In this document: positions 58,433-64,000 of the stretch, in pieces | Numbering within the stretch: position 1 is the stretch's first letter | Layout of the letters: each line of letters starts with the position of its first letter | Source: Spirochaetia bacterium | GTDB taxonomy: Bacteria; Spirochaetota; Spirochaetia; DSM-2461 | DNA: 64,000 nt | Assembly (NCBI GenBank): GCA_963666985.2 | Contig: CAXXIA010000001.1 | Location: 1,248,001-1,312,000, forward strand | Direction: 5' to 3' | Notes under the pieces: model-generated | What the model was told of the DNA's origin: nothing | The model's database searches: none | What the model saw: the letters and a program-made list of their open reading frames with translations, nothing else | Translations under genes and position numbers: made by a program

Positions 58433-59344
58433 ATGGCAAAAGAAATGATGAAGAATGGTGAGAAGATGCCAATTATCGACCCGGAAGAGCCCGATTTTTT
58501 CTCCAAACAAGTCAACTCGGCCAAAAGATTTTATACACTTCATAATCCTCAAGACGCCGAACAGGATATCATTCTGCTCAGCGGAGGCAGAGAAAGCTGT
58601 GTCCCAGGCTACCGAATTTCACGGAAGACGTTTCCCTACTTCAGCATGGAATTCGTCGCTTCGGGATCCGGCGAGCTGAATCTGGAAGGCCGCGCATTCG
58701 CCTTAACCCCCGGCGTGGTTTTTACCTACGGGCCGAGAATTCAACATACCATCACAAACCTCGGAATGAGTCCCTTGGTAAAATATTTCGTCAATTTCAC
58801 AGGATTAGGAGCAAAAAATCTGCTGGAGAGGCTAAATATTTTTCCCATCGTCATGCACACATCCGCGCCGGAGAGCATACTCGGAACCTTTGAGGAGCTT
58901 ACCGAATACGGCTTCCATCAGTCGCCCTACGGCAAAGAGATCCGCCTCCGTCTTCTGGAAGTGCTGCTTCTTAAATTCGCCGAATCGTCCGTAAACGGAA
59001 AAGACCGGGAAAGCCCCGCCTACGCCACGTACAGACGGTGCCGGCAGACAATCAACGGGAACTATCTGGAATTGAATACTCTGGAAGAATTGGCCGACCG
59101 CTGCAACACGGACGCTTCCTATTTGTGCCGGCTTTTCGGACGCTTTGATCATCAGAGTCCCTATAAATATCTGATGCGTCTGAAAATGAACTATGCCGCC
59201 GATCTTCTTCTGAATTCGGGAAGACCTATAAAAGAAGTCGCCGGAATTATGAGGTATGAAGACCCTTACCATTTTTCCAGGGCTTTCCGCAATTACATGG
59301 GAATATCACCGCGGGATTTTCGTAAAAGGAATCATAAAGATTGA
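58433..59344 (+). CDS. AraC-family transcriptional regulator (divergent from the dehydrogenase)
   Basis: Cupin-like N-domain; LEELA------SYL-RLF, IKEVA---Y-D--HFSRAF----G-SP--FR; start uncertain. Confidence 0.92.
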   Translation: MAKEMMKNGEKMPIIDPEEPDFFSKQVNSAKRFYTLHNPQDAEQDIILLSGGRESCVPGYRISRKTFPYFSMEFVASGSGELNLEGRAFALTPGVVFTYGPRIQHTITNLGMSPLVKYFVNFTGLGAKNLLERLNIFPIVMHTSAPESILGTFEELTEYGFHQSPYGKEIRLRLLEVLLLKFAESSVNGKDRESPAYATYRRCRQTINGNYLELNTLEELADRCNTDASYLCRLFGRFDHQSPYKYLMRLKMNYAADLLLNSGRPIKEVAGIMRYEDPYHFSRAFRNYMGISPRDFRKRNHKD

Positions 59345-59453
59345 TTTGAAGCATAGAGCGCGGCCGAAAGCCCCCGAAAAAAAATGCCTCGCCCGGCGTT
59401 CCGAGCGGAAGCGAATATATTCGCTTAAGAATCGAAAAAAACGCCTCGGCCCC

Positions 59454-60212
59454 TCACTCTAACGAATTCAGGGCTTCATAAGCCAAACGGGCCGCTTCCT
59501 GTTCGGCCTTTTTCTTATTACCGCCCTTCCCCGGTCCGTAAACGGTTTCCTGCACAACCACGTTCATCCAAAATGTTCTTTGATGATCCGGACCGGTTTT
59601 CTTCTGAAGGATGTACTTCGGATAGCTGTGATATCGCTTCTGGACGATTTCCTGAAGAAGTGTCTTGTAATCCTTACGATGCCGATTCGCCAAGACGGTT
59701 TCAATCGGTCCTTTAAGATAGCGAAGAATAAATTTAGAGGCTTTCTCGTATCCGGCATCCAAATAATAAGCGCCGATAACAGCTTCCATGCAGTCGGAAA
59801 GAAGCGCTTTCTTCTTCCTGCCCCCGGACATTTCCTCGCCCTTGCCGACATGCACAATCCCGTCGATACCGAGTTCAAGGGCAATCACCGCAAGAGAATC
59901 TTCGCTGACCACATGAGATTTAATCTTGGCCAAATCACCTTCGGGGCGATCGGGAAGCAAACGAAAGAGATAATCGGCTACGACAATACCGAGGACGGAA
60001 TCTCCGAGGAATTCAAGCCTCTCGTTGTTGTCGATGGTTTGCGGGATTTCGTTGACGAATGAACGATGACAAAAAGCGAGGTCCAGGAGTTCCAGCCTCC
60101 TGAACCTCATGCCTGCATTTTTCTGAAATCGAAGAAGTTCCTTCTTTCGCGTCGAATCCAATTGAGGCGTCTTAACGGAAAGAACCTCAGGAGCGCGTGA
60201 AGGAACCAGCAT
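59454..60212 (-). CDS. rnc: Ribonuclease III
   Basis: NERLEFLGDSVL, EA-IGA-YLD-G, DYKT-LQE, GPDH dsRBD. Confidence 0.97.
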   Translation of the reverse strand: MLVPSRAPEVLSVKTPQLDSTRKKELLRFQKNAGMRFRRLELLDLAFCHRSFVNEIPQTIDNNERLEFLGDSVLGIVVADYLFRLLPDRPEGDLAKIKSHVVSEDSLAVIALELGIDGIVHVGKGEEMSGGRKKKALLSDCMEAVIGAYYLDAGYEKASKFILRYLKGPIETVLANRHRKDYKTLLQEIVQKRYHSYPKYILQKKTGPDHQRTFWMNVVVQETVYGPGKGGNKKKAEQEAARLAYEALNSLE

Positions 60213-60224
60213 AAGCTAAAAAAC

Positions 60225-60473
60225 CTATTCTTTGTCTTTCAGCTGCTCCTCGATGAAAGTCAGGGCGTCCTGAACTTTCTCGAATTCGGTGGCTTTCTCG
60301 TCGGGAACGGAAACGCCGAGTTCCGAATCGATCGCATAAAGCAGCTCATAGGTGTCGAGGCTGTCGGCGCCGAGATCCTCACGGAATCGCGACTCCAAGG
60401 CAATCTTATCTTTCTCAACTTCGAGCTTGTCGGCGATGAGATCCTTAAGTTTTTCGAAAAGTTCGGTGTTCAT
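60225..60473 (-). CDS. acpP: Acyl carrier protein
   Basis: DLGADSLD phosphopantetheine site. Confidence 0.95.
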   Translation of the reverse strand: MNTELFEKLKDLIADKLEVEKDKIALESRFREDLGADSLDTYELLYAIDSELGVSVPDEKATEFEKVQDALTFIEEQLKDKE

Positions 60474-60568
60474 GTCATGCTCCTTGAATTCTTATGGAAG
60501 TTGGATCTTGTCGATTGCGTTCTTTCACAGTTACGGCAAATAACAAGCGACAAGATTCGGCTTGAAAA

Positions 60569-60757
60569 TCAACCCATATTCTCGGGTTCAATAATCTGAT
60601 TTCCCTTATAGAAACCACATTTTGGACAAACTCGATGTCTCATAACCTTATTTCCGCAGTTGGCGCACGTAATAAGGCTGGGCACGGCGAGTTTCATGTT
60701 GATGGAGCGTCGACGACGGCTCCGTGCTTTCGACGTCCTGAATTTGGGTACCGCCAT
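60569..60757 (-). CDS. rpmF: 50S ribosomal protein L32
   Basis: MAVPK-RTSKAR-R-RR, C--CG....HRVC--CG-Y. Confidence 0.96.
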   Translation of the reverse strand: MAVPKFRTSKARSRRRRSINMKLAVPSLITCANCGNKVMRHRVCPKCGFYKGNQIIEPENMG

Positions 60758-60861
60758 GTATTTCCTCACTGATAAACGTATTGCGAGCCATAATATTATG
60801 GTCGATGATTTCAGTCAAGTAGTTTACAACTGGTCGAAAAATGTCAAAATAAAATCGATAT

Positions 60862-61344
60862 CTACCGTACAACCGATTTTAACGACTTTTCCACCTCCGG
60901 CGGAACCATGGCGGAAATATCGCCGTCGAGTTCCAGTAATTCTTTAATGGAACTCGATCTGAGAACGAGATACTTCGGCTCGGTCGGAAGAAGGATTGTT
61001 TCGATTCCCTCGCTCAGCAGCTTATTGAGAATGGATAACTCCAATTCGTACGCGAAATCCGCCGAAGAACGGACACCTCGAAGAAGTACTCGAGCTCCGA
61101 TGTTCCGGCAGTAATCAACGATGAGTCCGTCAAAAGTCGACACAACGACATGCGGAAGACCCAGCCGTGAGATTTCTCCCTCCAAAAGGCGCTTTTTTTC
61201 CAGGGGATCGAGCATGGATGTCTTTTTCGGATTCACGGCGATAACAACATCCAGGGAATCGAACAGGGCCGCGCCCCTCCGGATAATGTTCAAATGACCG
61301 TATGTCGGAGGATCGAACGATCCGGGAAATACCGCTTTAACCAT
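60862..61344 (-). CDS. coaD: Pantetheine-phosphate adenylyltransferase
   Basis: FPGSFDPPT-GH, RG-R---DF-YE, SS--KE. Confidence 0.96.
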   Translation of the reverse strand: MVKAVFPGSFDPPTYGHLNIIRRGAALFDSLDVVIAVNPKKTSMLDPLEKKRLLEGEISRLGLPHVVVSTFDGLIVDYCRNIGARVLLRGVRSSADFAYELELSILNKLLSEGIETILLPTEPKYLVLRSSSIKELLELDGDISAMVPPEVEKSLKSVVR

Positions 61345-61440
61345 GGTGCATCATACCTTTGACGTTTCTTTGGGTCAAAGCAATAGGATAACTTTTTTAC
61401 GTTTGACGCAATGTTGGCGATGAGCGTACAATTGCACTGT

Positions 61441-62001
61441 ATGAAAGCGGTAATAACGACGATTATCACAGTTTCATTATTGGTATTTTCCTGTGCTACA
61501 ACCACTCTGGACCCGATTCCCGAGAATCTTCCTTCGGAACAGCCCGCCGAACCGGAGAGCACACCCGAGCCCGCGCCGGAGATTGAACCCGCAGAGACTC
61601 CCGAAGATGAAACATTCGAGGTTTCCCAAGAAGTTTACGATCAGACACATAATGAGATTCAGGAACTTATAGAAAAGCTCAACAGTGTAATTTCCAAAAG
61701 GGATTACGAAGGCTGGCTGAGGTATCTTTCTCCGAAGTATAAAGACACCTATAGCTCGAAAGAAACCCTGAATGATATCAATCAGTCACCGCTGTTGAAG
61801 GATAACGGTATCGTTCTCAAGAATTTGAACGATTATTTCGACTGGGTGATTGTTCCGAGCCGCTCCAGAGCCGTTCTGAATGAGATTGTTTTCGTCGATG
61901 AGAACAAAGTCATCGCATACTCATCCTATTCGGGCAAAAGGGCAAGGCTCTATGAACTGGAACGCATCGGCGGACGCTGGCTGGTTTCCGAATGGGAGTA
62001 A
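61441..62001 (+). CDS. Spirochaetal lipoprotein, unknown function
   Basis: MK-hydrophobic-VFSC lipobox, Pro/Glu tether, DYF--V-VPSR motif. Confidence 0.75.
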   Translation: MKAVITTIITVSLLVFSCATTTLDPIPENLPSEQPAEPESTPEPAPEIEPAETPEDETFEVSQEVYDQTHNEIQELIEKLNSVISKRDYEGWLRYLSPKYKDTYSSKETLNDINQSPLLKDNGIVLKNLNDYFDWVIVPSRSRAVLNEIVFVDENKVIAYSSYSGKRARLYELERIGGRWLVSEWE

Positions 62002-62094
62002 ACGAACTTTTCCAAAATACAGAGGTTACTCTGGTTATTGGCAAACCTCGCCGATACAATAATATAGAATCAATAGTTGAATAGGGAGCCCAAA

Positions 62095-62808
62095 ATGAAG
62101 ATTCGTGCCATCAGCATCGTCTCTATTTTCTGCGCCGCACTCATACCCGTCATGGCTCAGGAATCGGAAGACCAGACGGTGACAGAACTTTATCTTCAGA
62201 GCCAAATCAAGGTTCAGGTCATCAGAGCCGAGGCGGCCGATCCCGAAAGGGACATGAAGTTGATCGCCTTGGACGATATAGAATCTCTCCTCCAGGATGA
62301 TCCCGGCAATGCGGAAGTTCTCGGCGTTCTTAAGGAACTCGGCGGAGAAGGCGTTACCAACGTCGTCAGGGAACAGGGACATGTCATCAATAATTTTCCC
62401 GACGTCCGATCGCGCGCCGCGGAAATTCTCGGGCAGCAGGGAAGTCCCGAAGCGGCCGGAGAGCTGGCAACGATGCTCCTGACCGATCCCGAGCCCATGG
62501 TGATGTCCTCGGCCATTCAAGCTATCGCCGAAATCGAACTTGAGGACAATGAAGCCCGCGGGAAACGCGATAGAGCCATGGCGGCTTCCATCTACCGCCA
62601 GACCGCGGTTAATAAAGACAATACGTTCGCATACCGTTTTCTCGAAGCTGTGGAAATCATCGTGGAAAGAGAAGGACGACTGAGCGATCCCATGATTCTT
62701 GAAGAAGTGGCCAAGATCGCCAATGCCAGAAACGGCTACAATCGCGCCGTTCGAGAGCGGGCCTACACCCTTCTTCGGGCTCTTTCGGGAACATCCGGGA
62801 AATCTTAA
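62095..62808 (+). CDS. Secreted HEAT-repeat protein
   Basis: Signal peptide; N-PDVR--AA--LG--G and D-EP-V--A---- HEAT-like repeats. Confidence 0.75.
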   Translation: MKIRAISIVSIFCAALIPVMAQESEDQTVTELYLQSQIKVQVIRAEAADPERDMKLIALDDIESLLQDDPGNAEVLGVLKELGGEGVTNVVREQGHVINNFPDVRSRAAEILGQQGSPEAAGELATMLLTDPEPMVMSSAIQAIAEIELEDNEARGKRDRAMAASIYRQTAVNKDNTFAYRFLEAVEIIVEREGRLSDPMILEEVAKIANARNGYNRAVRERAYTLLRALSGTSGKS

Positions 62809-62830
62809 GATCGGATTTACGAAAATCATC

Positions 62831-62863
62831 AAAAAAAACCGCCCTGGAAACGGGCGGTTTTTT
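62831..62863. terminator. Bidirectional terminator between convergent genes
   Basis: A8-CCGCCC-TGGAAAC-GGGCGG-T6. Confidence 0.85.
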
Positions 62864-62968
62864 CATGTCCGACTTTTTTTTGCATCTCATGCTTGTATGG
62901 GAAAGACTATCTTCAACCGCCGATATCCGCTAAAAAACACCCTTTATTAAGGTTATTCTTCAATTCCT

Positions 62969-63343
62969 TCAATCAACGTGAGTCCGAAGATCGGTCCGCC
63001 ATGCGGATTTTTCTTCCTGTTTTTCCCAATCGACACTTCGGATAATTTTCAGCTTTCTCTGCTGATACGCCTGTGAATCAACGGCTGCAAAACTCCCGTT
63101 CCCAAGATAAATGACTTTCTCGCCTTCCTCGGGACGGAGCTGCTCCTCCGCGGATTTCAACGCGCATTCGAAATGAACGGCATGACCTCCGGCAGGCTCA
63201 CAGAGCGCCGAAGTAATGTCTTTAATCGGTTCCTTGCACATGTCGCACAGAGGCATGGGCCTCTCGACACGGCGAAAATCAGATCGCCGCGATCCGTTTT
63301 TTCGGCGGCCGCGGCGATCCCTGTTCTTAGGTTTTGTACTCAT
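62969..63343 (-). CDS. Hypothetical protein with CxxC...HxxC zinc site
   Basis: ATG 63343; Arg-rich N-terminus, CDMCKEPI...HFEC, YLG-G-F. Confidence 0.7.
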   Translation of the reverse strand: MSTKPKNRDRRGRRKNGSRRSDFRRVERPMPLCDMCKEPIKDITSALCEPAGGHAVHFECALKSAEEQLRPEEGEKVIYLGNGSFAAVDSQAYQQRKLKIIRSVDWEKQEEKSAWRTDLRTHVD

Positions 63344-63488
63344 TCTTGTTCCCGTTACGATTGACAATTTCGTCCGTCAATTTGATGGCGATTCGGTCAA
63401 TCGCGAGTTGGAGGTAATGCTGATCATTAATCTTGACCTTCAATTCCTCCAGCTTCACGGGGTCGGTCTGCTTGGCGATGCGTACCAT
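63327..63488 (-). CDS. Small 53-aa protein resembling the FlgM C-terminal sigma28-binding region
   Basis: Below the ORF-track cutoff; RBS AAGGAG; MVRIAKQTDPVKLEELKVKINDQHYLQLAIDRIAIKLTDEIVNRNGNKNEYKT; fills the gap between yraN and the next gene. Confidence 0.7.
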   Translation of the reverse strand: MVRIAKQTDPVKLEELKVKINDQHYLQLAIDRIAIKLTDEIVNRNGNKNEYKT

Positions 63489-63503
63489 CGGAGCTCCTTC
63501 TCC

Positions 63504-63854
63504 CTAAAACGCATTTTCCCAATGATCCAGTTCCTCCATCCTCCGTGACAGAAGAATCAGATCGAAGCGGATACGACAACCGCCGAGTTCCGGATGACTG
63601 TGCAGGAAATAGGATGCGACTCTTCGGATTTTCCCGCGCTTGCGCGAGTCAACCGAACGTCCCAGGCTCTCCACTCCCAGAACGTCCCAGGTTTTCACCT
63701 CGACGAAGACGACAACATCGTCCTTCCTAGCTATAATATCGACCTCTCCCGGCCCTGATCTGAATCGTCTTTTAAGAATTTGATACCCTTTTTCTTCAAG
63801 ATAAAGGGCGGCCTTGTCTTCTCCTTTTTTTCCTTTTTGGCTGGTGGACTCCAT
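63504..63854 (-). CDS. yraN: YraN-family (UPF0102) PD-(D/E)XK nuclease-like protein
   Basis: G--GE--A--YL--KGY-IL, GEVDIIA, VFVEVK, RFD, H-ENAF. Confidence 0.92.
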   Translation of the reverse strand: MESTSQKGKKGEDKAALYLEEKGYQILKRRFRSGPGEVDIIARKDDVVVFVEVKTWDVLGVESLGRSVDSRKRGKIRRVASYFLHSHPELGGCRIRFDLILLSRRMEELDHWENAF

Positions 63855-63876
63855 TTCAAGCCCGTATCAGGCCTTA

Positions 63877-64000
63877 TCAGGCCCTTTTCTTCTCTATAAG
63901 ACTCCGGATATCCAAAGCCCTGGCAATAAAGAGATTCCTGTTGCTCAAAAGATCGATAACAGGGCCGGTATCGCCTTTGTATTCTCTTCCGGCGCTGTTG
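63877..64000 (-). CDS. C-terminal fragment of a gene entering from the right, possibly an HD-GYP family protein
   Basis: Open frame ...NSAGREYKGDTGPVIDLLSNRNLFIARALDIRSLIEKKRA*; IDL....LFI.RAL tail recalls spirochaetal HD-GYP proteins; catalytic part lies outside the window. Confidence 0.45.
   Translation of the reverse strand, partial: NSAGREYKGDTGPVIDLLSNRNLFIARALDIRSLIEKKRA

Overview
Chromosomal window from a GC-rich spirochaete (class Spirochaetia, judged from a P83/100-family protein, an MIINHN-type flagellin FlaB, fused PyrB-PyrI, stand-alone groES and the rpmF-acpP-rnc block). Most of it is housekeeping: pyrBI, rlmD, rex, ABC-F ATPase, U32 protein, PNP, trkAH, ppdK, a group-2 sigma factor, groES, DinG, asd-lysC, thiN, flaB, cca, rnc, acpP, rpmF, coaD, yraN. 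Accessory content: (i) an AT-richer LacI / sugar ABC / sulfatase cassette with two identical operators; (ii) a TetR-controlled class III aminotransferase / class II aldolase / FGGY kinase operon with an orphan GH57/deacetylase-like hydrolase nearby, possibly an undescribed amino-polyol or sphingoid-base catabolic route; (iii) an orphan GNAT-histidine kinase fusion; (iv) an IS481-family element that splits a lipoprotein signal peptide, and an IS630 element; (v) a family of modular hairpin repeats sitting just after stop codons. Regulatory signals read directly from the DNA include a sigma54 -24/-12 promoter in front of the RpoS-like sigma factor, a sigma28 promoter plus two CsrA-type hairpins before flaB, and a WYL-regulator palindrome. 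An unannotated 53-aa ORF resembles the FlgM C-terminus. No rRNA, tRNA or CRISPR array was seen. All product calls come from motif recognition, not database searches.
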